Notes: generated from the sequence alone by a model not told the origin. Positions 46,627 through 59,982 are shown, counted from the stretch's first letter. The stretch is DNA of 64,000 bases from Magallana gigas (GCF_963853765.1 NC_088855.1:34348001-34412000), one strand, 5' to 3'. Program-made: numbers and translations.

Positions 46627-48287
46627 TCATCATGTTTTGAGTAAATATATGGTGCTTTGCTGTAAGGCCCTTTTTTTTTTTAGAGAATTTTATTCTTATA
46701 TATGTACTGCATAATCTTCTTTGAAAAAATCTTTAAACTTTCACGAATTAATTTGTACATGACAGACTGTGGCTATTGTTTAAGGACAGTTACATCTGTC
46801 AACAATCTTATTTTTATATTTTATATCTTAAACAAATTGCTAGATGTCATAATTGATTTAAACAGCAACAAGTCAAATCAATGTATTTATAAACACTTTT
46901 TAAAAATATATTGGAATCATCACGTGGTTTTTGTTCTTGTTCCATTCAGTATTCAGCTTTTTGATTCAGACATTTTGTGTATATAATAGAAGTGAGTACT
47001 AAAGAACATACACAATCGGTAACAATTCGCAATTTTTCCGATTTTGAAACGATGGCTCACTGGCTCGATAACTCTTATCATGATTTTATCATGAGTAAAA
47101 TTAATAAGATTGAAAAATAAACCATGACTTTGCTAATAATAATTCATCTCCAATTCACAGAAATGTACTTTTCACTATAATTTGTAAATTGAAGTTTTCT
47201 ACTTTGATTTACATGTCTGCCTACCACACACTGTGAATTTTTTTTAACATTTGCAGTCTTATGCAGACTATGTATATTATCAAGAACAGAGTAAATGGAA
47301 TTGTCTGTATTTTATTTTTCACAATATTTGTAACAATATTACAGAGATACATTGTATGAACTTATATATATCTAACCATTGGCCATAACTTCTTGTGACA
47401 AGTCATTTATGATGTCCATTTGTATCTATTTATCAGTTCATTAAATAACAGTTTTAATTAACCAATTAAAGTACACATTTTATGCAGGTATATAACAATT
47501 GTTATCTTCGTTATCAAAACAAAGTATATAACAATCCAATTCAATAAACAACATTGAATAATATCCTGAAATTCTTTGCGTGGAGCGCAACGCAAAACAA
47601 AGATGTCGGTGTATAGATAAACCATATCAAATAATATCACGTTGAAGAAAAAAAAACCACCCAAAATAATATCACATTATTTTCTGAAAGACCAGCTTTC
47701 TAGTTACTAGTAAATTAATATCACATATAACCGATGCCATTTCTGTATGTGGATTTCAATCATGTAAAAGTATAATAAAAAAAAACTTTAAAGCAAATCA
47801 ACCATACCATTTTATTTCCCCGTGTTCAAAAACAGCTACTGGTCACTACTAGTATGCGCAATTTAAAAAAAAAACGACGGAAAAAAAATCAAAAACGACA
47901 ACAACAAAACAATCATCACTCAAAAAAGGACGGAATTTCTAAAACTAGGATAATGCATTGAAAAACGACCCAACATTGGTTAAAATCAAGAATCGATTAT
48001 TTTAAAAATCATAATAATCAGCGACATTGTGCAAAAATGGCTTTGCGCACACTCAGCAAAGCAAAAGCGGAATAATCCATGAATATAAGTAGTAATAATA
48101 TAGCGGTATATAATGAGTTACGTATACATTTTTAAGTAACTGGCATTAGAGAGATTCCAAAGATTAATCTGTTACAGCACCTTAAGGTATCCGTATAATG
48201 CTATAGTATATGATATGCGTAATAATCAATGCAAAATTGTATTATTTTTTCAAATGGTACGTGCAAGATTTTTTTTCTTCAAAAAAT

Positions 48288-49244
48288 TCATCTTATTTTT
48301 TCTTGTACAAACGAGCGGTTAATGGCGTAGATTAGACCTGACGTGTGTTCAATTCTGTGCGGGCAAGGTAGGCGGAAGAACTCGCAAACACAGTGACTAG
48401 GTTTATTGCAATGCACGGTGGAGCCAATTCTAGGAATAACAGGAATGTTCGATTTCATCTTTTTGGTAAAAATACCACCTGCGCTCTCCAGCTGGAAAGC
48501 AACAAGATCCAGATCGCAGTCTTTCGGAAAGCAGCCAAGTTCGTCCAGCCTGGGAAGATCCCGGCAAAAGTTATTACACTGGTGGTTGGCGAAGAAATTG
48601 TCGATCCCCATTTGTCCCAGGTCCGTGCGGCCGTATGCGCCTTCACGTGAGTGAATGACTGGGGTGGTCAGATGATAGTCCTCAAACCGCTTCACGCCTT
48701 TCATTCCAGTCACTACGCACTCGCCTTGCGTGCAGCACCACGTGTAGTGAGAAAACGCATTCATGACCATGGAATCGAACATTTTTGTCTTAGAACTATT
48801 AAAGTTTTGGAATTTGCCTTGAATGTATGGTTCAACTGACACGTACTCGAGCTCCCGGATTTTCTTCCTTGGCTTTCCCAGCAGCAACGCAATGCACATG
48901 TAAGAGGACACTTCGTCGATTTCAACCAGCATCGGCGTATGGAACAACAGATTCACTCGCTGACCAATTTCGGCCATCTCTTTGTTGAACTCCACCGCTA
49001 AAGATTTGGCCATTTTGGCTCGTTCAACTTCGTGGTTCCAATCCTCCTTCATGGCACAGCCCTGTCGGAATGCCTTCACTAGGCACCTGTCCCCTCTCCG
49101 TGGTCCCTCACCGTTAAGAATGCCCATATATGAAAGCTTCCGAGGACCAACCCGATATGGGTATGGTTCAAAGCTGCACCAGTACCGCCCTCCAAAATCC
49201 TCATCTTGTCCACAAAGGGTTTCCACGCTAATCTGCTGGCCCAT
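48288..49244 (-). CDS. Alpha-kinase (eEF2K/MHCK/vwkA-type fold) family protein, 318 aa, single coding exon; probable pseudokinase
   Basis: Motifs LVK (K57), A..FN, VEPYIQG, NAFSHYTW, P.IHS, G.TDLG..GI..FF..HQCN.FC. Uninterrupted ORF; CAG acceptor 3 nt before the ATG. The canonical DxQG and TDP motifs read GMKG and TTP. Confidence 0.92.
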   Translation of the reverse strand: MGQQISVETLCGQDEDFGGRYWCSFEPYPYRVGPRKLSYMGILNGEGPRRGDRCLVKAFRQGCAMKEDWNHEVERAKMAKSLAVEFNKEMAEIGQRVNLLFHTPMLVEIDEVSSYMCIALLLGKPRKKIRELEYVSVEPYIQGKFQNFNSSKTKMFDSMVMNAFSHYTWCCTQGECVVTGMKGVKRFEDYHLTTPVIHSREGAYGRTDLGQMGIDNFFANHQCNNFCRDLPRLDELGCFPKDCDLDLVAFQLESAGGIFTKKMKSNIPVIPRIGSTVHCNKPSHCVCEFFRLPCPHRIEHTSGLIYAINRSFVQEKIR

Positions 49245-50817
49245 TTTCTGTCAATATTTAAAGAAAAAAAACACAATCAATGAAAGTAACACACTGTCCA
49301 TGTAACATGTTTCTTTTTAATTAAGAAATACACGTGAATGCTTTGCAGGCGCTGGGTATCCATTATGAATATCATTATGCCATTTTACCAACTGCCTTGC
49401 CCAGTAACTTTGTATTATTTAAAAAAAAACATTTTTATTCAACAAAAATTATACTTGGAATCAAAGAATTGAAAACCTACAATGAAAAATTATGTATTTG
49501 TTTGCTTGACGTTTCACATATTATTACTTGGTCTCAAAAGTTTCATCATAATACTCGCACTTGAGATAATCGGTGCCTGAGTTTTATAAAATAATTGCTA
49601 TACTATAAACGAGAAAGTTTCATTATAGAATATTTCATCTGATTGTTTACTTAGAAAAACATTCATTGATCAATTGGGTAAAAGAAAATCAAAATTTGCT
49701 ATACGAAATCTAAATACACAAAACACTCAGAAAAAGAGAAAAGGAGAATGGAATTAAGTCCTTTTCCCGAATAGTTCCATATAAGAAATAATAACCATTG
49801 ATTCCTTAGACTTGGTTTTTTATGGGAAATGCGTCATTTAAGAAGACCTTGAGTTGTCTTCTAATATAGCTTTGTCCATTGCTCCGGGGTTTTCGTGCAG
49901 TGAACGGGGAAAAGAGAAAGGGAAACTTCCTTGGTTCTTTAAAATTACAGACTTAATTGAAAAGTGTAGTAATCACGCTATACGCGGACCTAGTCTTCTC
50001 CAATGTGAGAACAAGACCCATCTCTACGGGCAAAATACAATACTACAGCTGTAACCTTATATAGTATAACAAACAATGAGAGATCAGATCTAATACCATA
50101 TTAAGATAGATATTAAGGCTAAAAAATCAAATGGGAGAAAAAAAAACTCCTATTTAGCTTACAAAGTGCATGTAAAACGACACGCTATTGTCTTTTTTTA
50201 ATAGTATCTAGAACAATCACGCATTGATCTGAGATATTGTGCAAACATGCACTATATTTAACACACAGAGTTCACAGCAAAAGAATAATCTTGTCTCCTG
50301 GGGTTTCTATTCATTCGTTGACCCTTATTTTACGTATTGTAACTTCTAATACCGGTATTTGCTCTTTGAAGTAATTTTTTTGAAAGTTAAATATTACTTA
50401 GTGTCAAAATACCACAAACAATGGTTGAACTTATATAATGAAAAACTGCATTGTTTTAAACATTTGCTGAATGTGACAAAAAATGAAAGTTGGTATTTTA
50501 CAATCAGTTTTGAACGTACTCCCTCTGCAATATTTGATATGATCACTTACTCAACGTTGAATTGTATTTTTATTGTAAAAAATAAAGGACTGCATCAAGA
50601 CCTCAGTTTGTATATACAATTGATGAATCCAAACTGCAACAAGTTTTCAGTTAAATCTTTTTTAAAACAACAGATCTAGTATTGTTGTTTTACACAAGCA
50701 AATTCCCTGAATGCTGAACAGCTTGGTATTTATTTATTTACTAATATTTAACTGTTAAAAACAAGGATCAAGTTTTGCATTCTTATGCACGTGAAAAAGA
50801 AGTGACATGGTACTTAC

Positions 50818-50879
50818 CGTTCGCGTGTTGCCGCTGAGACAACCTCTTTACATAATTCAGGCGTGCCTGGCCGCTGAAT
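50818..50879 (-). other. Probable non-coding 5' UTR exon of the alpha-kinase-like gene
   Basis: On the - strand: pyrimidine tract TTAATTTCTCATCCACAG| before and |GTAAGTA after. A further GTAAGT donor at ~53979 may mark an upstream exon. Confidence 0.5.
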
Positions 50880-53800
50880 CTGTGGATGAGAAATTAAGAC
50901 ATTACTTAGCTGATGGTTCCGAAATTGTGTTTCCATTTATCCAATCATCGGTTGACGCGCTCTAATGCTACATGTTGTGATGAATTGCGAAGTCGCGCAA
51001 GTGTGACTAATGGCTTTAATAAATCAGGGTCTCTTGCGATTGGCCAGTTTTCGGTTTCTGCCAGATTTTGGCGCGTACTAATTGCAGGGGACGGTCAACT
51101 GAAAATAGAATTCGGCTTTTTTTGAAAGTTAATAAATTGAGAAATCTCCGGGGCAATTTTTCATTAGAATAGCTTCTTTGAAACTAAGGGAGGCTGACAA
51201 GAATGGAATTAAGTATTGGAATGGACCGCAACTCACGCGCGAGAGTAGCAGAGATTGGCTAATTATCCTATCATTTCCGATTTCATCCCTTCATTTGAAA
51301 TTCAGATGGAAAGGAAATTGTTCCGTTACTGGATGCTGAAGAATCTGAATTTAAGTCGCATAGACTCCAAATTTATGAGGAAATAGGAGACGGGGCAAAC
51401 AGTCGGACATGTAGAGAGCAAAATAAGCGCATATCTCAGATATTTTCTCTTAAATCAAGCATATAGTACATTACGAATAATAAGCGTTTTCGTCTGGAAG
51501 TGATAAAGATCTCAAAATATCTAGATCTCCTTTTGAATTATTTTTTTCTAATTCACAAAAACAAATTTACAATTTTGCGAAAGCATTTATCATATATGAT
51601 CTTTAATTTTTTTTTTGGCATAATTTTGTAAAAATATCATTTTAAAGTATCGTTTAAAACGGGTGTGAATGAAATATTTCGTAAACAAAAAAGTCTTATT
51701 TATGTATGCATGAACGTCCAGAAATAAAAAATACGTTTTTACTGATTTTTACTTACATCCTAATATAATCCTTAGCCTCGCAGATTTAAAAAAAAAAAAG
51801 AAATTGCGAAGTTTTATATGCAGTTAAGTGCGTTTTAAACCACGTGGTCTGTTATTCAGCCCCTTTACACAGAGACAAAGGCATTCTGATTTATGAATAA
51901 TGAAACACGGCACCTCCAATCTGTAGACATTGGCGACTTTGGAAAAATTTACGAACTGCATCGTTATCTGACAAACTGGCATCGAATGCTCTTTCGAGAT
52001 CTCTTAGGGTTTATTTTTGAGACTGCACTGGAGATTGAAATGACAAAGTGATGTCATAAACTGAGATGTAGTACCATTCTTTAAGAATGTCCAATAAATC
52101 ACCGTGGAGAATTTATGACCAATCACGGTTATCGATTTGCTTTGTACTAAGTCGGAAAAAGGTAATCAAAATACCGATCGATTAGTTATTAACTATATGT
52201 ACTTTTTTAAACCAAAAGATATTCGCCCACATAACTTATTTAATTTTTCCTTAAAAAGGGGAATCGAATTCTGACGATTGTAGATCTATAAATAATTTAT
52301 ACATCTGCGAATGCCTTTATACGATTATATATTGTGTAATTGCGTAAACCCTTTACCTTATTGCTTGCAGAGTTTGCAATGGACCTTGGTTCCTGTTAAT
52401 ATGATTATCATAGCATAAAATATGCATATGTAGTCCAAACGTCTAAAGTTGTGTATTTCCTCGGGGATAGCAGAACAAAGTGTTAATTTCAATGGAGTTC
52501 AGAGCCTCGAAATGGAAGACTTAGCCGTGATCTTCTTCAAGCACCGAGCGACGAAATAAATTTGAAAGCTCATGGTTATTTTTTCCTTTTCGCCCTTTCT
52601 TTCTCGCTCTTTGGAAACATTAAATAAGTACATTTAACAGAGGGCAAAGCAGACTTTGATGTCAACACATGATAAACATAAAGACCTCTAAACTATTGTT
52701 TCCGTTTAGTACCCGATCATGTCAAGATGGAATTTAATATTTTGTTTGGATAAAGCATTTGGGAAGTTCAGGCCCGTATTCATTCGCTGCGAAATTTTAA
52801 ATTCACGTTTACTTAAGAGCTCCTGATAATGAGAAAATAAGGGAATAACATATCCGATGCCACAGTCCCTCTACTATTTACTTTACTGATGGTAAATAAC
52901 TGATTTGGATCCCCCCTTGTTCACAGAACCTCAAGTGTGCGAAAATTCAACATTTGGTTCAATGAAGTTTTCCAAGGTTCACAATATTCTTTGTAACATA
53001 CATCTACATGAACTTTTCCAATTTACCTTATACCAAAATTTTATTAATTCATAAAACGATAACAAGAATTTAGTTGATTGAATATATTCTTTTAATAAAA
53101 ATTCAAGAGTTGAAATCTGAATAGAGCTATTATCAATTTTCAAACTGCTGTGCATAATATGTACCTGTTGCTTTCAAATTCAGCATGTTTGGATATTGTG
53201 TTTTCAATAAGCTTGAATCTCAGTAACGATAAAACTCGATACAAGGAGAATAAAATGGCAGACTGAATAACGTACATGTAGCTAGAGAATTGTAAACAAC
53301 ATCCAACAACAGTCATTTCTATACTAGACATTGCTGTGTAGATTTTGGCGAATACTGATTCGAAGTTGTATAAAATATTAATTTCACATCAATGTTCTTT
53401 GATACTACTAAACAACTTACCATGAAGCATTTTTATGTTTGAAAGATATTAAGAGNNNNNNNNNNNNNNNNNNNNNNNNNNNNNNNNNNNNNNNNNNNNN
53501 NNNNNNNNNNNNNNNNNNNNNNNNNNNNNNNNNNNNNNNNNNNNNNNNNNNNNNNNNNNNNNNNNNNNNNNNNNNNNNNNNNNNNNNNNNAATGCAAAAA
53601 TTCATTTCACTTCAGAGAAAAAGCGGGGATAGAGAAAAACTCAAATGGAGATTGAACTGTTTGCCTTTTTGAAAATTTAAAACCTACGTGTACTTATGCG
53701 TAGGCTCGAAGCATGAAGAATTTAGGCTTCTGTTTTAATGTCTTAACACATATAAACACTGGCATCGATTTCTAAAAGCGAAAGGGCTCCTATGGTAATT

Positions 53801-56800
53801 ATTGCCGTGAAGGTGAGAGAGTACTTTCTAAACCCACTGCGGCGGCTGGCATTATAATAACGCAACATTTCGGTATTAGACTGAAAGCTAATGAATTGCC
53901 AAAAAGACACTTAATTGTTAAATCACTTTTCTCACAAACTATTAAAGAATTGCAGAGATTAGAAAGTGTTCTAACTTACCGTTAAAAGAGATTTCGTGTG
54001 CTGAATCTAGGGTCTACATTTGTACTGACGGTCCGACAATTATTTCTATAACATTAACGGGTGCTTGTCTTTAGACTGATGACGTCATTGTCTAGTGGTG
54101 TCGGTTTTAGAAGTTCTAGCTATGTGTCTTAGTTAATTATTTCTTCTGCACACATTGAAATTGTCTCAGAATACAAAAAATATATGCACCTTATCTCCTT
54201 CAACTATCTCACGTGTATTCTTTAAATTCAATCTATGTAAAGAATCGATAAATTTAATTCAGCTTTAAAATCCATACGAGATACCCCGGTTTGATACATT
54301 TATACATATCTAGCTTGATAATTAAGACGTATACCATCAGAACAGTAGCCCATGTCTCTCTTTTACAACTGATCCGATTGCTGAGTTAATGGGTCTTTAA
54401 TTAGTAACAATGCGTTATCTATTTGTGTCAGTAGGAATATTAAGGTGTCGACCCGACCCCGTCCTTCTGCACTAAAGTGTTTAAATTGGGTTCAAAAATT
54501 TGTCACAATGACAATTTAACAAAAGATTTTATGTAATTGTTCGCAAATTGATCAAGATTCAGCAAGTCATTCTTTGAAGTCTATCTCTAGAGAAATCATG
54601 TTCCGAAGAATAAGTCTTTTTGGGGGGAGTACTTGTAATTAGTAACATATTATTTGCTTTGGTTGCTTTTTAATCATGTTTTCAATCGAAACTTTATTCA
54701 ATTTATAAATCTTGCGTGGGAATTTTGCTGAAATTAGGAAAGTTCAAATAAATCACGTTTTGGAGAGATTGTAAATATTGTGGCTGAAAAAGTGGACAAG
54801 GGGCCCCTCCAAAGACAGAAGTCATTTGAATGTCACAGGACTTGGCCATTCCTCGCCTGTGAGACATAAGTGATGAAGAGCTAGCACCGTTACTAACAGT
54901 TGAAAGATTTATATCCAACGCCATGTCATTTTGAAAATTCTTCACGTCAATCTAAATCGACGGACGTATTTCAGCAAAAGATTTATACACACGATATAAC
55001 ATTATGCACCCGATATAAGAGTTTTATTCAAACTAGTTTCATAAAGGCGGGTTTAGATCTACACGTAATTTAATATCTCTACTTGAAATTTCTTATGTAT
55101 CTGCACGCCTACCGTTTCCCAATGTTAATCTGTAAACATTTTTGCGTCTCGTATTGAAACATTTTTGCATAATTATTATTATGGATGTTATAAGCACCCT
55201 AATGACGAAGTAATTAATCTGTTTTTGTCAAACCATTACGCAATATTTCACAATATTTATAAATTTTGAAATAATAACTTACGTATATGTCTTCTGCAAT
55301 TCTCTGATTGAATATATATGGATATTGAATGTGTTCTCGGGACTATAAGAACTATGACGTAATGTGAAAGGTCAAAACGTAATTTCTATGCGCCTATTGT
55401 CATTTCTCTGAGAGACATAACGCACACAACAGCTCGTGTCTAATAGAAAATAACCTTATAGATACAAGTTTACATTTTGAAATATTTATGTAAACTGATC
55501 GTGACTCGGGAATTTCGAAAGATCCGATTTGAAAATGGTATCTTTTAAGCGACTCTTGGACTTTATTTGGAATGAAAACGTACATAAAATATCTGACGAC
55601 GAAAAGTTTTCTTTTAAAAACATAATTTTTGGCTACAATTACAAAATCGAGTAGTCAACGATAAAGATTAGTACTAAATTAAAGAAACACACCTGGTGTG
55701 TAGAGATATCAATTCTAGTTTTCATTTTTCGTCAAGTGGCGATTCTGGGGCTTTTAAAAAGCCGATTACATTAACAGGAATATGTAAACGGTTAAAATAA
55801 TACCGCAAGATCAGATTGATGTTTTTAAAGAATAGGGGTTTTTAGCTAAAATCCTACTCTTTCTTTCTTTTTGTTTTCTTTTCTAAAGAAGAAAATGAAA
55901 TACAGGGCACTAGCGGTCGTCTGGTTATTTTTTTTTATGGTCTGGACATGGAAGATTTATTTACGGTCGACAGGTCGCTTATATAACATCTTTTTGTATC
56001 TCCTGGTGTGTCAATTATTATTATTTTTTTTTTATATCATTTATAACTAATGAGAGAATGATATATATCTGGTATGGCATGTTTAATTGATCAATATATA
56101 CATTTTAAGTCCTTGAAGGAATCTAAGAGTCTTAATTATTTCTCGAATGACCAGAAGACTGAACAATTTTCATGCACTTGTTAAAAAACTTTTTGATAGT
56201 GCAGTTACAGCTTTATTTTTTTTAGCCATTTAGAAATAAGATAATTTATTCAATTCATGTTCCAATAACCAAATGCATAGGAGAAAAAAAAACTGGACAT
56301 GCTGTATGTGTAACCTAAAAAATGCATTGCTTTTTAACACAAAGAGAAATCTGGGGCTTTAAAAATTTAATGAATTTGAATGATCTTAATGGCTTTTTGA
56401 GACGTCAGATATGTTTTCAAAATCGGCAGAGAGGTTAGGAGGATAAATTTACCTGATCAGTGAAAAAAGATTTAATTGATTTGGAAATAAATAGCATCGT
56501 CAAATGTTTTATTAGTTTTATAAAAGCGACTTAAGCGGTGAGACTGAATTTGGAATGGGTATGAAATACATGCCTAATATGTAAATTTAGATAAATACTA
56601 ATATCATATCTAGATTAAATATTTCAGTTTGAAAATTGAAAAAAGTCGCGAAACTAAATCATTGAAAGTTTTGTATTGATCTTTGTGATGATATATAGAA
56701 AATCGAACGCGTATCTAAAGGCATCAAATACATGTATATTAAATCTTGTGATTTAAATTGTACAAAAAATAAGACCTGGTGTGTTTAATCATTAAAAAAA

Positions 56801-58892
56801 CCGCATGGTAGACCCACAGCATGGTATCTATCAATTTTAATTAAATTCTATAACTCTAAAAAAAAATATGAGAATTTATTGAAGAGATGTCAGCATCATC
56901 AACTCGAAAACATGTACATGTAGAGACTCAAATTCGTATTAGAAATCATAAAATTTTTCTCTATTAAAAATTTTAAACTTAAAAAAACACTTTTTAACAA
57001 CTTTGAACTGTTCTAATCATCGCTTATCGTCTTGTTTTTATATGGTATATAAATATTGACAACAAAATCAAGAATGTAAATTATTCTTTAAATACCACTG
57101 TTTAGAATTGCAAAATATTGTTTTATTGCAAAACAGGCCTTCTAAAGAGAAAAAATTAATTCAAAATTTTTTTTAGCTTACTGCTGTGACGATGTATATT
57201 AAGTATTGGTGTTATTAAGTCTCCATGAAAAAAACACGATTGTTTAAACTACAAAAGAATCAAAACTGTTAAACGGTAGACACTATTATAGAGGAATTAA
57301 TTTTCATTGGTCTACATGCTTTACGCCGTTTTAAAGACTATATCATTAAGACGACGGAGAGTGAAAAACAAAATCGAAGTCATTGAAAGCAAGATAATCT
57401 CAAGATTATGTGCATAAAACTAATCCAACTTAGTCAAACTATATATTTAAAACTAAATATTTAGGCAATTTGCATACTTCACAGATACGAGTATATCCCC
57501 CAAATTCTGGGGAAAATTAATCTCTGGGGATTTTTATATCCCTTTTGCATTAATACTTGTTCGTCTGGCAAGTACAGTAGAAAATGATAGATATACAACA
57601 TAGATTTACACGTGTACTTACTTAATTGTCAGCATGTAATCGAGGTAGCACCTAATCACCTGAAAGGAAGTTGTTGCGCGTGTTAATTTGACCGAAACGC
57701 TTTGACCTATCTTCAGTCGACGATCCGTAAAATCAAATGGACGCAAATCTTCCAATATTGATGTTTATATTCCAAATCAAATAATCAAGAGCTGGTTTCT
57801 TGCTGGTGTAAAGCGCAGAACATATGGATCATGACGTATGTAAACATTCATTCTTCCATGACATTTAAATCAAGAGACTTAAAAAAAACACATACATATA
57901 AAGTCACCGATAGCATGCGAGTTGATTATCTCTTACCAAAGTAATGTCTGGGAGGAGCTCTCTTTTCCGTAAAGATACTTTCATTGACAGTTTGTTCATT
58001 TCATTGGAGTGACGTGAACATATTGAAGGATTTAAATTTTTTTTTTGTCTGTGAGGTCATCACAAGTCTTTGAATTGAACAATCGCAGACGACTAAATAG
58101 AATAGATTTGCAAGTGATAAACAGACGAAGTAAATACTTTTCTGATTTAAAAGCAACAACGCTTTTTTTACGCTGCAAGTGGTATCTTTTATACCAACAA
58201 GAATTTATTTTTTTTGAATTTAAAAATCGCTTGACATGTAATTATGAAATCACAGACACTTATTATTTTCTCTTTATCCCCCAAGACACGATAATGATTG
58301 TTAAAGTTCACTCCTTAAAAAAAAAACTCTTCCATTTCAAAGGGCATTATTTGGTTGTTGAACTCTATAAACTTCTCCGAGATTGTTGAAGTTTTGACTT
58401 TCACCATACAAGGCCTGCTGGGCGGTGGGCAGTTCAGTTTAGTTCTCGATAGGTATATTTGGAAATAATAATTCTTTCTAGTCTAAGATTAACGCACGAA
58501 GTACCGTGTTGTACTAAAAACAAATGAATAACAACAGAAAAAACCATATTTCATATTTTACTACAATACATAAAATGTATACGGTCATGCACTCACTTGA
58601 TAGTGTAAGACATAAATACATGTACCAGTGCTATTGTAAGACAGTTCCCACCAAGATAGTGACTGTTTTCAAATTTAAGTCGCTTGTTAGAACCTTTTGT
58701 TTTCGTTGATATTATCTTCGTTCTATCTTAAATGTGTTTTCTGGCAACAACATGTTTTGAAATCTGATTATGACTTCAAACTTTATCAAGTGATATACCA
58801 CTGATGTTGTTATTTTAGTCAAATGTTTACATCTGATCTTGTTGCCTCCTTTTCACGACCCTAAAACGAACAGTTAGGCCTATAATACTAAT

Positions 58893-58978
58893 CTTTACAA
58901 AAATTTAGATTATTGGGAATCAAAATTTGAATTGTCATGTACAAATTTTGATTCCCAATGATCTAAATTTTTATGAAG
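58893..58978. repeat. Inverted repeat (37-bp arms, 12-nt loop) 20 nt downstream of the C1q gene stop codon
   Basis: CTTTACAAAAATTTAGATTATTGGGAATCAAAATTTG / CAAATTTTGATTCCCAATGATCTAAATTTTTATGAAG; a related half copy lies at ~37710-37765. Confidence 0.9.
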
Positions 58979-58998
58979 AACAATACACTAAAACTAAA

Positions 58999-59982
58999 TC
59001 ATTCTTTCGACAACTCCCCAATTTTCCATCCCGAAAATGATGAATACATCTCCATTAGATAATCGCCATCTTGTCCGAACTTGGCTATCCACACAATATC
59101 CCCTTCTTTGACCTCGGTTATGACCATCGAGGTACACGACAGGTTGGAGGACGCAGTCTCTCCCTTGTTATTGCAACTGTTTAACCTCTTCTGGTGGCCA
59201 TTAATGTTCAACTCTGTCTCGAACCATTTCCCCGGAATGGTCACACTAGTCCACTGGAATGCGTACGCCCCTGATTCCGGGACCCTAAATATCCCGGTCG
59301 TGGGGTCGTAACCTTCGCCGATGTTGATTTCCACGATGTCGTAGATGACGATCTCGGACACCGTTTCGTTGTTTGTTAACGAGTGTCCAATTGTCACTGA
59401 AAACGCCACCGCCTTCCTAGCCGATAGTTGATTCAGTTCTAAAACACAATAAAATGCACATTTTGTTAGTTATTATGAGATGACTTATACAATGTTTATA
59501 TTCAGAGCAATACGATTCCATTACTGAAGACGATAGACGCTATATGCATGCAATGAAAGACAGAAGTATCTTGTAATGTATTTGAAGCTGATGAGTTCAT
59601 TTAAGCTGTGACAAAAAGTTCCATCTAACAACTTGCTATGTAAAATTACAGTTGCCTGAACACAGCCATTATGACAAAGACAGTTACAACCCCGGCCACC
59701 GGCTTTAGCTCATTCAACCCTACCTTCTTCCATTAGATCGTTAGACTTGTGTCGCCTCATTGTTGCCTCTGTTCTCTCACTCCTCTCATCTGCGTCTTCT
59801 GCGTCAACTCGCTCTCCACCAATCATCTCCTCAGATTTTCCCGCTCTTTGACTGCCATTATTATTGTATGAGTGTGCCCGTGCACATGTCTCCTCCACTT
59901 GCTGCATTCGATGCTCAAAGAGCACAGTGGTCATAATCACCGCACACACAGACAGGGTGATGACAATGTCTTGTTGCTGCAT
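58999..59982 (-). CDS. C1q-domain-containing protein (globular C1q, no collagen), ~232 aa, 2 coding exons
   Basis: Exon 59982-59724 (N-terminal hydrophobic stretch IVITLSVCAVIMTTVLF, donor G|GTAGGG) plus exon 59438-58999 (acceptor TTTTAG), phase 1, 699 nt. gC1q motifs AFSV...YD....NIGEGYDPTTGIFRVPESGAYAF...L..NG...EGDIVWI...YSSFSGWKI. Confidence 0.88.

Noticed and set aside
9330-59982. Idea that the tyrosinases, alpha-pseudokinase and C1q gene form one co-regulated melanisation/immune module
   Set aside because: Adjacency alone is not evidence in an animal genome. Orientations differ and no shared regulatory sequence was seen; conserved synteny and co-expression data would be needed.
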